In this document: in pieces, positions 1 through 14,029 of the stretch
How positions within the stretch are numbered: the stretch's first letter is position 1
How the letters are laid out: each line of letters begins with the position of its first letter
From: Camelus ferus
Lineage: Eukaryota
Length of the DNA stretch: 64,000 nucleotides
Assembly (NCBI RefSeq): GCF_009834535.1
Contig: NC_045697.1
Span: forward strand, 21,082,001-21,146,000
Direction of reading: 5' to 3'
The notes under the pieces: generated by a model
Databases searched by the model: none
Told to the model about the DNA's origin: nothing
Seen by the model: only the letters and a program-made list of their open reading frames with translations
Position numbers and translations under genes: made by a program

Positions 1-249
1 AACCTAATTTGTTCAGGTCTTCTAAAGCGTTCTGTATAAATTTCATGAGGGTCCATGGCACTTTTTAGTCACTGAATTAGAAAGTATTAAGCATCCATGG
101 AGATTGTGGGGACCCATGAGAAGCAGATGTGCAGTTTTATTGTTTTTTTGTTTGTTTGTTTGTTACATAGAGGATGGCATTGTGATTTATGTTTTATTTT
201 AATTCAGTATCATCATCACAGAATCTTAGAAAAAAAATCCTTCTGTTTT

Positions 250-450
250 GTATAAGTATATGTGGATACACATAAACAAAGGTATATTTATATGTATGTG
301 ATATTAATACAATGTAAGATTTTTGTCTATATATTTGAGTGTGTGTATCTGTCTATATATACATATATACATATGTGTATATTTTTGTATATATATATGC
401 ATATATATTCTATTTTCATATATACCATTTTAGTAGATATGTATATGTAT
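250..450. repeat. Low-complexity TA/TG-rich simple repeat
   Basis: Degenerate (TA)n/(TATG)n runs; these explain the spurious Y/I/M-rich ORF 262..510. Confidence 0.8.
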
Positions 451-3400
451 CTGTCTCCTTTAATAATTTTTATTTTTTATAGTAATCAGAAGCCTGGAAA
501 CATTCTATAAACTATGAAAAAACACCTACAAACTACAACAGGTATTTACTGAGTTTTATGTAGATGCAAACAAATATACAAGAATTACAATACATATATG
601 TAATATCCCAAGATATTTCTCAGTTGTATTGACAAACACCATATTTTTTCACTTTGAAGATCTAAATCTAAATTTGATTTTAATGTACTGTGAGTGAAAT
701 ATTGAAGAAAATCATAAATAGATTTACCAAAAAGACTTGTAAACATTGACTATTTCTGGAACAATAACAATATCTAAAAACTATCAGGAGGATGAATTTC
801 AAAAGGAATGCTCTTGAAATGAGTAAAAGCTCAAGTTGTCAAATCCTGCTACCTCAATATAAAGTTAATGGCATCTAGTTTTTAAAAATCACCACTTATT
901 TTGATGAAAAATACACAGTTCTTCAGAATTCACGATTTCCAAAATTCTTAAGCCAATCGAAAGAACAGTTAAGACACACTCAACTTAAAGACTGAAAGGA
1001 CACCGGGGAAAATAGAACATGTTTTACAGTAGGAATTTACATTGAATAATAGTTCTTCCAATTAAAACATTCTGTCACTCTTCGGGTAAAGTTGTCAGAT
1101 CATTTAGAAGTAGATTTTTCTTTTTTAAATTACAATATAAAATCTAATTAAAATTGACATTTCATAAATAATTTGCATTCATATTTAAATTAAATTACTC
1201 AGTGTTCATTGTGAAAAATATATTGCAACAAACATTATTTACATTTAATTTTCTTGAAGACATGTAATTTTAAATTAAAATTATTAGAATACAGTCAATA
1301 TTATGTATTTTCTATGAATAAATATCATTATATAAAAAGTAGGAATTTTAAAACTGAATGTTGTCAGTGAATTTCCCTACACTGTGTCCAAATTAAAGTA
1401 TGTGAATTTGAGGGGTGGAGTCAGGTCCAGAGCTTTCTTTTCTGCAATTCATTTTTGGCTCTGTGACACTAAAATGGGTTAGTAAATATTGATCAAGGCT
1501 TTTGTCCAAAGTTACCATTACCAAAATGTGTCCCACGGAATGCTAGTCTGTGGATATGTTCCCACTCTGTTCTCTTGTAAAAAAAAGACTCCTGTCAAAT
1601 AAATTTGAAATATTACCCACACTATAATTTCATCTTGAAGATTTGCTTTGCAGCAATTTGCAAATTTGTTTTTCATTGTTTTTCTTTTTTTTTTTCTTGA
1701 GTCTCTCTGAAGACCAATGTTTCAAATTACAAACCTTGCTACACATTTCAGTAGGAAAATTAAAGGAGTGATTCCGAAAAGGTACTTTGAGGTCAGATCT
1801 AGAATGATAAAAAGGTTCAATTTAATTATGTGGGCAATAAGGTACCATTTAAAGAGAGAGGAGTGATGGAAGCGATGTTTTAAGAAGAATCCAGCATCAG
1901 TTTGCAGAGAGAACTGCTGAGAAAGACCTTCGTTCTAGGGAAAGCCCAGGAGGTTACTGTAACAATTTCTTTATTAATTTGCTCACATCTAGACTTAACA
2001 TAGTATCTCCACACTGGTGAGGTTTTAAGTGGATCATTCCATTATAAGGTATTGCATTCTATTCTTTCCCAGTTCTCTTCTCCGTCATCTTCCTGCGTTT
2101 CATAACCACACTCACACACACTGCTGCACTGCTCTGCCTGCTTTAGTTGCAATTTATCCCACGCTGTGAATAAAATGCCTATATCTCAATTTCATTTCTG
2201 GCCCCAGTTTCCCAATTTCAAGATCATTTTCTCTTCGTATTGACTTTTAGAGTTGACAGAAGAATTTATTAGGATCAGTTTTATCTATTGCTTTCAGAAT
2301 TCTGTAACTTCAATAAGATCATGGAAGGTTAATGCTTCTTTATTAAAATGAATAAGCCCAATTTCCTCAAACTTTTCTCTCAAATAACATCATTGATTCT
2401 GATACACCGTGTGCTCTGTTCTCTCAAGGGTAATTATGCCACTGAGGGGCTATATGCCAACCAGTATTTTACAACATGTTCCAGCCATGTCCAGAATCAC
2501 GCAAAGACTGCTCTGGTTTAAACTGAATTGCTCTAGTAGAATATCTGCTATCATTTTATCCGTATATTAGGCTTTGGGTACATGGGTGTTATGGTAACCA
2601 TAAAATAATTTTCTTTTGTCAAGGTTATTAGCTTAAGGCCCATTTAGCTGAAATTAACAAATTTATTTCTCTAGTCTTTCTGGATCATAACTGTCTTTTC
2701 CCTGAATAGTGTACTAATTTACATCTTATCTGACAAAAATTTTTCACATGCTCGTGGCATTCTCATTATTCAAGATAAATTGCAATTGTGCCATTTTTAA
2801 AGTCATACACTTTATATCAGTTCATGGTAGGATATTTTAATTTTAAGTAATAGTTTAAATGTAAAACATGAAATAGAATTAGACTCATTATTAATTCTAT
2901 GAAAATATCTCTAATGTAAAATAGCATTAAGTATTTTATGTAAACTCCCTTAGACATTATCTGAGCTCAATTGTTTTACAAATTAAGGGAGGGAGAACTA
3001 GTAATAATATAGCACAAGGTAGAGAACCACTTACCATGCCATATGGCTCTCCTGTTTCTCCCCAAGTACACTCCACTTTCAGTAACCAAGAAAGCACTTA
3101 GATTGATGGTTAAAAGATACAATGGTGAGAAGAGGTGTTTTAAAAAGATGTTCTAAAGTTTTACTTTAATTGATTCAATCTTTATTGAGGTCCAACCACA
3201 TTCTGCTAGAGCTTTAATTTAAATATACTTGGAGAAAGATCTTGATGTGGCCAGAATGATTTAGTTACAGAAATCATGTTAGACTATGAGTCTCCAGTTT
3301 GTGGGTAAAAAGTAACAGGGAGTCAATTTTTTTTCTCAGATTTGATAATATTTCTTAGCAAATATATTAGTAAAAATGTTGCTCAAGTTCAGATTTCAGA

Positions 3401-5029
3401 AAACTTTTAACTTTTCTTAATCAAATTCAGCTATGTCTCAAAACAAGCTTTAAGAAATCTTTAACACCTCAGGCCAATTGTAGAAATAAGTAGTTCAATT
3501 ATCTTTTCAGTGGACTAAGCACCTATTTTATATGTGTGAAAACTACTGGCCTTCAAATATGCTTATGCAATTAGAGTGACATGGATAAAATAACAGATAC
3601 AAAGCAATACGCTTAGCTTGCTATTTTAGTTAAACTGAATTTTTCTTACTTTATATCCCTTACTTCTAGAGTCCAAAGAGAGTAAGATAAGCAGTAAAAA
3701 CATGCCTATGTGTTTATTATTTTCAGACCAAGCTATCCTTGGATTTTACTTTAATTCATCAAGTTAAACAACTTGCCCAATAGAAGGGTAAATAAATAAT
3801 AAATAAACAAATGTTTGTTGCATTTTAACATCTTAGATTTCAAAACTCCGAAAGAAATTCGAGGAAGATAGAAGAAGAATAAGGAGAAATTAATGAGGAA
3901 TTAGAGAACACTGGGTTAAGTAGAGACTTGAAACTGAAAATAAATGAATTATGGCTAGACACCATGAGAGTGACATAGTTGACACCAAAAGGCAGATTTT
4001 AGGGCCATTACAAACAAACCTGTCCAACTTACTTGCTGTAATTACATATTCTTTACTGGAGGTAAAATCTCTCATTCTCTAATTTAATATAAATCTGAAA
4101 TTGAGATATACAGTATTTTGATAAAAATATAAACCCAATGTGAATTATTACTGTCAGTTATTTATTGAAAGATGAATTTTGAAAGATTATTTTAAATAGG
4201 ACAACTGAAGAAAAGGGCCCATAAAAATATTATCCCATAAAATGTTCAGAGACAAGGTGTAGAAAGGGTGAAATTAACTTTGTTTTATCACAGTTTTTGC
4301 TACTACCAGCCCTGAAACATGATACTGTATTTAGTACCCTCTGTGTCCCTATGAGTTTTTTTTTTTCTTTTGATTTTAGAATTTGTGTTAAAATATCTAT
4401 ATGCCCTTCTTCCTACATATCTTCTTCCACTGTAGAACAAAAAACTTAATATAAGATCTGGGTATACCAAGATATCAAAAAACACAGTGCATTCAAATAC
4501 GTACATAATTTAACTATAAATGTGTTTTCCATTTCCAGTTAAGAGTATACATTCTCTGAGATTCAGTGGGACAAGATGAGGGTTTCTATTTGGTCCATTT
4601 AGAACTTTTTCAGCTTAATATGATATACCCAGCTGTGCCATGAACCACAATTCATATTTTGCTGCTCATCACCTAAATTCCTGGAGAGTCCCCTCAAAAT
4701 GAAAATGTCCTATCATCTACTCATGAGTGGCCTCTATGTCATAGGATTTCCATGAGGATTAAAAAAGACACAGTGTAGGTCCCTAATCTACACTGAGCAC
4801 AGGATCAGTGACTATTACCTCTAATCTTTTATTTTCCTCCCTAGGTCTGCTTGTGTGTGTGAGAATAATTCTTCCTAATTAATATTGTGACAATCTCCAC
4901 ACATCATTCAGTAAATTACCTTTTATCAAATAGGTTAATTTTGCCCCAAATTTTTAACTTCCCCCAGCAGACATTTCCTCAAATCTGAGTTCGTTATAAA
5001 GTGACTCCATTAGGACAGAGCTCAACTAC

Positions 5030-5235
5030 ATTGCATATTTGAAAGTAGCTAAGAGTGGATCTTGAAAGTTGTCATCAGGAGAAAAACAAAATTTTTACAG
5101 CTATATGTGGTGATGACATTAACTGGACTTATTATGGTGATCATTTCTCAATACATACAAATATTGACTCGTTACATTGTACATTTAAAACTCATATAAT
5201 GTCAACTTCATTATACTTCAATTAAAAGAAAAAAT
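5030..5235 (+). mobile_element. Old L1 (L1MA-like) 3' end fragment
   Basis: Motifs typical of L1M 3'UTRs (tttgaaagtagctaagag, tgtggtgatg, ggtgatcatttc, tgtacatttaaaactcatataatgtc) ending in an A-rich tail. Confidence 0.75.
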
Positions 5236-5849
5236 AATTCACAAAGTAATTAGACCTGGGTCTTGTCCAGGGAAATTTACCATTAATGATGAATAAATCT
5301 TAGAGTATTACATTCTAAGTTACAAAGCTATTTACTTACAACAGAAAACCTTTCACTACTGTCATATTTAATCTGAGAAACACAACAAAGAAATTTATGA
5401 TGAAGTGACTGCTGCTTTCAACATTTTTTATTTATTAGATCATTAGTTACCAGTTTACTGCTAGGTTTTAAAAGATGTCCCTAAAGTGAAATAAAGGGGA
5501 GAATGCCTACCCGTGGATGAGAGACTCTGCTGTTTTGGTCTGGTGAGCAGAGATTCAAGTGTGTGAAAGCGAAAGAGAAGGGTAGGTGTTGAGGGTGGGG
5601 GAGAAGGCAGAACTCAGTAATATTTGGCATCACAAATGTCCCAATGACTACTGATGAGGAGGATGGCATGGTGTCGGGGAGGGTAAGGAGGAGTAGGCAA
5701 TGGAAATAAGCTCAAGAAGTTCAAACTTGGGTTGGTGTGACATTCCCAGTCTAGTTTCCCTCGAGGACGTTGCATCTAGGTGATTTGTCACATGCTTACT
5801 TATTTGTGTTCCAGTTGCCCAGCAAGTGGTACTGGATTACATGCAAACT

Positions 5850-6830
5850 TGTAAATGCTGCTTTAGTTGCACGTCACAAAATTTTATATATTGGGTTTTC
5901 ACTTTCAGTCTAGAATAATCTCTGACGTTCCTTGAGATTTCTTCTTTGATCCTTAGTTTAGAAAAGTGTTGTTTCATTTCCAAATATTTGGACATTTTTC
6001 AGAATTTTTCTTTTGTGTTATTAAATTCTAGCTTAATTCCATTATGGTTTGAAAATCTACTTTGAAAATTTCAACAGTTCGAATATGAGACTTGGTCTAT
6101 GCCCTGAATTATGGTCTATCTTGGTGAATGCCCCATGTCACTTTTTAAAAATTGTGTAATCAATAGTTTTTTCAATATAAATTAGATCTGGTAGTGTTAA
6201 TGGTGTTATTCAACTCATCTGTATCTTACTGATTATTGGTTCTATCAATTATTGAGGGAGGAGTATTGAAATCTACAGTAATGATTTTGGATTTCTGTAT
6301 TTTTTCTTTCAGTTTTATCAGTATTTTATTTACATTTTTCAAAGTTGTTATATGATGTGTTTTATTTTGGATTTTTATATTGTATTTAATAATTGACCTC
6401 TTTATCATTAAGAAGCATCCCTTGTTATTTGTTATATTCGATATTTTGAGGTCTACTTATTATTAAGTATTCCAGACCACTTTTTATGACTGTTTTCATG
6501 GTATATCTTTTTACATTATTTCTTTTAGGCTTTCAATATCCTTATAATTAAAGTGTGATTTTGCAGACAGCATAGATTTGAGTATTTTGATACACTTTTA
6601 CAATCTAATTTTAATTAGACTGTTAATGTTTACATTTAACATAATTAACAATACAGTTGGATTTAAAACATACTATATTGTTCTTTGTTTTTTGTTAGTC
6701 CCATCTGTTCCTTTTATTTATCTTTTTCTGCCTTCTATGGATTAATTGTTTATGATTTTTTTCCTGTATTTTTGGTTTCTAGATAAACCTCTATGTTTTA
6801 ATATTTTAATGGTTGTTTTAAGGTTTACAA
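5850..6830 (-). mobile_element. Old L1 fragment covering the ORF2 endonuclease region
   Basis: Minus-strand ORF 6226..6408 contains MIKRSI and IITVDFNTPPSIIDR, matching the L1 EN IIVGDFNTPLS motif; + strand is T-rich. Confidence 0.75.
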
Positions 6831-8158
6831 TGAACTTCATTAAGCATACAGTATGCATTTCAATACTAGTATATACTCGTGTTGAATTCTGTTGTATTTC
6901 TTTCAAGAGTTTGTATTTTACTTCTGGTGTTCATTTAAGTTATACTTGCAAATATTCTTACACTTTTAAGGTTTGTTTTGTTTTTACGTTGTCTTAAAGG
7001 TATATCTGAAATAACCTTACTTCAAAATCATTTTTAAATGCTCTATTTTTTCTGATATCTTTTCAAAATTTCCCACTATAGGTATAATCTCTCTTCCTTT
7101 AAGTTCCCACTGCATTTCATTAAATGTTTTAAAAGATTTAAAAGTTGAAATAAATTATATTGATAATTGTATGCAGATAATAAAGCAAGGTGAAAAAGGT
7201 GAGTTGAAACGGTAAAGAAGGAATCAAATTTATTCTATATAGTTCCCAGTCTAAAATTCTATTTAATTGACTACTTTCTTGGATTTTTAAAATTGTATCA
7301 TCTATTTTAGTTATTTACCTGTTCTAAATACTTCCTTTTGTCTATCTATCTGTCATCCTGACTCACACTTAGACGCACGGTCAGTGATTTTTAAGAACTT
7401 CGAGATTAGAGATCCTAATACATTTTTCATTGTCTTGCACACATATCTATATCTATACCTTTATATGTATATTTATATCTATCTGCATCTCTCACTGGAA
7501 CCAGGCACTTATCAGCAGGGGCCATTCCTTCAGAGGAAAACAATGCCTGTTAGCTGACCTGAACAACTAAATTAAGAAGATGGAGAACTTTAGCAATTAT
7601 GATTTAGATGATATGTTATAGTAAAAACTGAATTTCATTCCCATCTTACTATTGAATTGAAAAAATATGTAATTATTGTATATGTATGTGCTTGTACACA
7701 TACACGTATACAAACTTTTATTTAAAAAAATAACTTCTAACTTTCTGTCACAGCACGTTTAATTAAGATGTTTTCTTAACATGGTAAATTATACCTGTTA
7801 TATGACTATAATTCTTCAATATCCTTGACTTTGTATCTTGCATATGATTGATCTCATTTTCATAATTTATTTGCCATTCAATTTTATTTATTTAACTGAT
7901 TTTTTAATCTCTTGATATTTTCAATTAAATTCCTGAAGTGAGGAATGGAAGATGAAAATTAAAGCAATCAGCAGTCTCTCAAGGTTACAAGAGCCCTTTG
8001 CAGTAAAGTGCATGTTGCTTTTTTCAGGATTGTATTCAGTGAGTCATGGAATGTTTCTCTCCTTAGGGAACCAGCTTTGTCTCTGATTTAAGTGGTTATT
8101 AGAGCATCAGGTGAGCATCACTTCATATCTATAGTTCTGTTTTCATTTTATTTCACAG

Positions 8159-8233
8159 ATAGCATGGTTCATTCTGATACACAACTAACTGAACGCAAAC
8201 CTGCACCACCCCCCGCAAGGCTTGACTTCACAG
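8159..8233 (+). CDS. Candidate internal coding exon (75 nt, phase 1-1), (D)SMVHSDTQLTERKPAPPPARLDFT; gene not recognised
   Basis: Strong acceptor ttctgttttcattttatttcacag|, donor CAG|gtattc, length a multiple of 3, only one of three frames open, not in a recognisable repeat. Confidence 0.5.
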
Positions 8234-10980
8234 GTATTCAGTGCGTAGGGAGAATGTGCAGTTCTGTGTTTTTTAACAATAGAAAGTTTAAGAGGATAAA
8301 TACCATAGTCTACATAATAACCTTCCATGGGAATTCACCTCTTTCTGAAAATTCACTCTTATTTACACTTCCAGCTGGACTAGTATCTTTTCTCATTCTC
8401 AGTGTGCCCTCTTCTCTAAAGCACACTACTCTTCAGTGCACAACATGCTTCTTGCCCTGAATTGGATAAGAACGGGAAAGACAAGGATGCGGGGAATGAG
8501 GCTGTGAACCGAAAGAGACAAAGATTAGTGCCAAGGTCTTTCTAATCTGAGCTTCCCCTTAAGGATCCATTCAAGTCACTCTTCAGAGCCTTCTATTTTC
8601 TACATTTGATTGTCAGGCATCGAGGCAGAGTGCTTGGAAAGCATTTTTGGACTGATATGCATATTGATACCAAAATGTCTCAAATTTATGTGAGCTTCCA
8701 AACCACAGAAATAGGAGGTTAGAACATAGAAGCTGTTATAGGTTGAATGAAGTAGGTTAAGACTACGGTACCCTGTGCATGGCCTCCTTTCCTTTAAACC
8801 TATTCCTTCTGTTCCCATTCCCCCCTCCAACAACCTTCTGATACTACTGAGACACAGATGGCTCATGACATCAATAGTTCTACACAAGTAGGTGAAAATC
8901 ACTTTTAGCTTCTTCAGAGAGAGTCAACACTATCATCCCTAAACCAAGGCCACAGACGATTAACATAAAAAAGGGAACAAAGTCAGCATATTCAAGGGTG
9001 GGAAATATGGAAGTAAAAAAAGTACACAATTACTGGGCTTAAGGCTATCAATCTACAACACCACGTGATCGTGGCCAAATTTCTTCTTCCTTTTAAAAAG
9101 TATATTCCCATTTCTGTCTATGTAAGATATATATTCAGAAAGTTTGTGGGCTTGCTGGAGATTATAACCAATAAATAATATTTGATTTTGTAAGAAAATA
9201 TCTACCTAAGATGAAAGAGTCAGTATCTGGAGAAAAAAAAAACAAAACAAAACGAGTACTGATGCCTTTCACTCTCCCAGTGAAGACGGTGACTCATATC
9301 CAGCATTATCTCAGAAATATTTCCGTTTCTCTATAGGCAGCAAAGGGACTAGTGTCTACTTTCAGAAAATAAATCTGCAATTATGTATGTGTTCTGTGTG
9401 ACTCAATTATTTGGTCACAGTTAGTTGGCCAAGAATAGACTCAGCTGGGATAGCAGCACTTTTTTTCCATCAGGGTTGAGGAGTGAGAATAGAATATTTT
9501 ACTTTGAGAGACTATGTCACATGAATGTAAACTGGGAGCTCTAGATGGGTCATCTTCTGAATACTGTGTGGCCTGAGAGGTCAGGGAAACATGTTTGAAG
9601 AGAGTAGGATCAATTAAACCATCAGAGAGAAATAACTTGAGTTTCTGACCACTTGTTATACCAATTTTCTGTTCCCTGAAAATCATCTGTATTCCTTCTT
9701 TCCTATGGTTAAAATGAGATATTCCTAAAAGGATTTCATAATCAACTGCTAATGCACATTTTTAAGTTAGCTTTTTTTGCATTGTTTATTTCAAGTTAGT
9801 TTCTTTTTCATATCATACCATAAAGTACCACATAAAAAAAAAGGATGCACCTTGTCCAGCTATTATTACAAGCTTGTTAATGGTACTAATGGTCAAAAAA
9901 GTGTCTGAAAAATAATCCATTGTGTTTATACGGTTATGTATTTTCCAAGAAGTTTTGCATCTGGTCCAAGAGTCTAGAGTAACGTATTAGAGGTATTTGT
10001 CAATGTTGAAATCTAAATTCCTGGGTTTATAGGTAGTTTCTGCAATTCAGCATGTGTTTGACCTTCGGAAATTAATCTCTGGATACTTGAGAGTAACGTG
10101 GGAAGATAGCCATATCTGCCCCCAGTGGTTTTTAGGAAGATTAAATAAGTAAATAGTTAATGTTTGTAAAATATTTAGAAGTGATAGCCTTATAATTTCT
10201 ATCAGATTAAATCAAAGAGAAAGCCAAGTGGTAGATAAGACTGTATCAGGTCCTTCTATCTGAGAAAGAAATAAAATTACAGCTATATTAAGGATCTTAT
10301 TGCTGGTGGCAGTAAAAGGGCTAGTTTTCAACACTCTTGAATCTCATATTTGCTATAAATTATTAACGGAGTTTTCAGTCTTGCAATTCTACGTTATGTT
10401 CAATAACAAAATACTTCCTTGACTTTGTTGACGTTAGATGCTTCAGGTATTCTTGGTGGCTGTAATATTCTATTCTAATGGCCAATACAGGTAATAATAA
10501 TAATTAAGCCTAAAACATTGACTTGTTTCAATTGAAAGTGGTTCCATGTCGTGGTCAATTTTAAAAAGCTGAACTTTCTGGAAAAGACACTGAGTAAATC
10601 ACTTTACTGGCAGTGTAACTATCCATGTGTAGAACTGAGATTAAAAGTTAGATATGTTATCTCTTGTCACTGTTGGCAGCTTCAATTCTCACCTCATCAC
10701 CTTGTGGGCTGCAGCACGACATTGTTGATAAACAGTTTCCTCATTTCTGGAGGCTTTATATTGGGATGGCATGTCGGTTTCAGTCTTCTCAGAAAGTTAA
10801 CACTTTGGAGTTTGGCCTCTACGTGCTCTCTGAGTGTCACTGTTGTCCACAGCTCTTTCAGGCACCCCTCTTCGACGCCTCATCTGCTGACTAACTGTTT
10901 AGTTTTCTGCTGTCACTCTTTCACATCGCCCAGTTAAACGAAACTGAGTTTTTCTCTCTTTCTTTTTTTTTTTTTTAAAG

Positions 10981-11007
10981 ATATCTTCAATGTGAATGAC
11001 CTTATTG
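10981..11007 (+). CDS. Candidate 27-nt microexon (phase 1-1), (D)IFNVNDLI
   Basis: Long polypyrimidine tract ttttctctctttc(t)n-aaag|, consensus donor TTG|gtgagt, in frame with the 8159-8233 exon. Confidence 0.45.
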
Positions 11008-11261
11008 GTGAGTAGCTTGTCTTGTCATTTTATATTACATCCTGAAAGAAGTAAGAACTGTTGAAAATTTCTACAAATATCCACTCAGATATCTGAAACA
11101 TGTTCTAAAAGATGTGCAATGAAATGCAACCTTTTTTGAACATTTAGACCACTCTCATCGTTCATGCTGTGTTTCAAACTTGAAGCTATTGATTACACAT
11201 AATTTACACTCCATAATTATTCTATGAATTTTGGATGGTTAAGGGACAGATTTGCAAGAAA

Positions 11262-11310
11262 AGAAGGAAGGAAGGCAGGAAGGAAGGAAAGCAGGAAAGA
11301 AGGAAGAAAA
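11262..11310. repeat. (GAAG/GGAA)n purine microsatellite
   Basis: agaaggaaggaaggcaggaaggaaggaaagcaggaaagaaggaag. Confidence 0.85.
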
Positions 11311-11945
11311 CTTCTGCCATACAAGACAGCACAATCGGAAGTGATCAAACTATGTATCATTCTCAGCACTGTGAGTCTTCTCACTAGCCTCTTTAGTGAA
11401 CACTATTTCTCTCTAGGAGTGGTCCTCATGGTAGGACCATCTAGACTCTAAGTTCACTATTTATTACTTAGATGCAAACAATTTTAATTGCTTAGGGGCA
11501 CACACAGGGGAATGTTTTCATGACCAGACCACTTTATAATAGTAAATACAGTGGGGTTGTCTGAGTTTTATATAGCATTTGAGTATTTCAGTTTAAATTA
11601 AGACCTGAAATATATATTGGGGGCTGATTTATGAGCAATTTTGCAGAAGTCCAAAATTAATTTGAAATCACAGGTTGCTTTCTACTATTTCTCATTCATA
11701 ATTGATACCTAACGTAGAAAACTTTTCAAAAGATGTAGGTAAAAATAAATGCACTCGTTGAGACAGTATTTATTTGCATCCTTCATTTCTGCAAGTGACG
11801 TACTGGTACCCTGACTGGAAGACATGTGGCTTCACAGAGAGGTGTTTGAAAACCACGACTTTACTATTTGGAGGCTTTCAAGTGATTCTGAATAGAACAA
11901 GCCTATGGGCAACATTTTATTTTATTATTTTTTTTATGTTCCCAG

Positions 11946-11956
11946 CAGAAATGTAG
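11946..11956 (+). CDS. Candidate terminal-exon coding part (A)EM-stop, with a possible 3'UTR to about 12440
   Basis: Acceptor ttttattttatttttttttatgttcccag|cag (NAGNAG); phase-1 continuation reads GCA GAA ATG TAG; two AATAAA downstream. Confidence 0.3.
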
Positions 11957-12407
11957 CCAGTGGAACAGGGCAGTGGCTTTATGCAAGATCAAATACGGTT
12001 TTGACTCCTAAAAGTTGACCAATATTTCTTTTGCATGTCTTTCTTTATAGTTAAGGCAGAGAAGTTTATATATAATTTTCAGAAATGTAAAACAATTTTA
12101 ATCCCAGCATTTCACAAACGGTATTTGCCAGAGATCTTAAAAAAATTGAACATAACATAAAAGTGTACCATGACTCAGTGTTGCCTAATTCAACAGAAAA
12201 TTGAAAAAATGAAATGCCAGCAGGTCTGATGAAGCTGGCTGATGTATCAGGCAATAGCTTTATAACCACCACACATGTCTTTGCAATACCATTATTCCCT
12301 TTGTACTACTAGAACCAAAATTTCCAGTTTTATCAGTGTTCCTGGGTGAAAAATAGTGGACCCACACATAAACACAGGTTGAAATATGTGTTCCATTCAA
12401 ATACAGA

Positions 12408-12425
12408 AATAAATCGGGCAATAAA
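12408..12425 (+). promoter_or_regulatory. Tandem AATAAA, candidate polyadenylation signals
   Basis: AATAAA at 12408-12413 and 12420-12425, about 450 nt after the candidate stop; the motif is common in AT-rich DNA. Confidence 0.2.
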
Positions 12426-14029
12426 CATAAGCCTTGACCTTAAACTTGTGAAGGTTGTTTGAGTAAAGAGAGCATGAGGGAAACCATATGAAGGAACAGT
12501 GGAGGCTGCTTAGTTGTAGAAGCAAAGTTGGAAGGCTATCATCCACAAAAACTGCACGCAAGTGGGGAAGCAATCACGGGTTTTGTATAAGTTAGTCAGA
12601 AATGGAAGCCCTCCTGTTTGTCTTATTCACAAAGGGACAGGCACAACATAAACATTTCCAACAGTGACCACAGAACACATCTAGACAAGGTGAAAGTCCT
12701 TTGTACCAGCCCTATGTATACATAGTATATACTAGATATACTGTGTATGTACTATATATGTACACATTCTGTGTATACTGTTTAGACAGAAATACATCTC
12801 TGTGTGATTGCATTGGAAGGGGACTTTATATAGAATCAAGAGAACTGAAAATCCCAACTCTGTCCACCATTTTCAATCTTTCTAAATCCCCAAATTCCAA
12901 CAGGAAATTCTTATACACTAAAGAAATGGCCCACTCCACAGAAAATGTTTGGCACTTTACAAAGGTGACCGTCCCTACTATGATACCAAGGTGTTATTTC
13001 TAAAACACATTTAGTTTTTGATACATGGGGTCTGCAACTATCCACATCAAAGTTGCATGAAACCCATTTTTCAGTCTCTCAGAAAGCCCTGTTCCTGAGA
13101 GGCTGCCAGCGAGCTGTCAATTTCACTATCTCCCCACTGTCATGGGCAATGTTGCATTGCCCACTAAGGAAAACAATCCCCAAACGACTAAAATTAATGT
13201 TCTCTTTACACTGCTGTCACAAATGAATGGATTTTCAAATAGAAATTATACAAGGAAAATTGCTTTCTGAACAAGACCACATTCCGCAAGAAAAATGTCA
13301 TGCCACTATTTATTTGTCTGACCAATGCATAAGCTTCTAGAAAACAGAGTTTATTAGAGAGAACTATGATGGGTCTTTGACTGACACTACAGCAAGAACA
13401 CTGTTAGGAAAATTTTGCTTGGCCAACACAAAGCAATTACTTGTCAGAGAGACTATTGTACGTGGAATGACATTCCTCTGCTAGCCTCATTTTTATGTCT
13501 AAATTTTTAGGTATTTTAGTCTTTATTACCAACTGTAAAATATAAATAAGATTGTTAAGGATATTAATTTTGCATGTCAGAATCCAAAGGTATACACTAA
13601 TAAACATTCTTCAAAAATAGTAACATCTTCCTTGGCTCCTTATGTAAAATTGTTTTCTAAATATCAATATTAAAATACATTTAATAAGATGACAGTTATT
13701 GCAATGTTCTTGCACTAGGGAGAATTTCCTATTTCACACGTCTTTTTTTTTTTTTTTTCCCCAGTGAGTAACCAGACAAACTTATTTTGGTCTTGTCTTC
13801 AAGTCTTAGATTGATAGGTTTGTACAAAGCTTATGAAGAGCAGAGGTCAAAGGCAAAGAGTGGGGCAAAAATTTTGAAAATATTACCTTTAAACTTTCAA
13901 GAGAGTCCACCTCCAACTCTTTTTACAATTAATCATTAGTCTCTTTGGCTAAGCTAGAATTCTCAGGATGAATTTTTATTTACCCTCTCATAGGTCTCAT
14001 ATATTTAATCCTATTTTAATGTTTATTTA

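Noticed and set aside
8028..8110. Possible exon (tttttcag| ... CAG|gtgagc) just upstream of the 8159 exon
   Set aside because: It would leave a 48-nt intron, too short for joint use, and its 83-nt length is not frame-preserving.
12715..12780. Hairpin-like TA/TG-rich segment (similar one at 46486-46521)
   Set aside because: Self-complementarity is expected in alternating purine-pyrimidine low-complexity DNA; nothing supports a miRNA.
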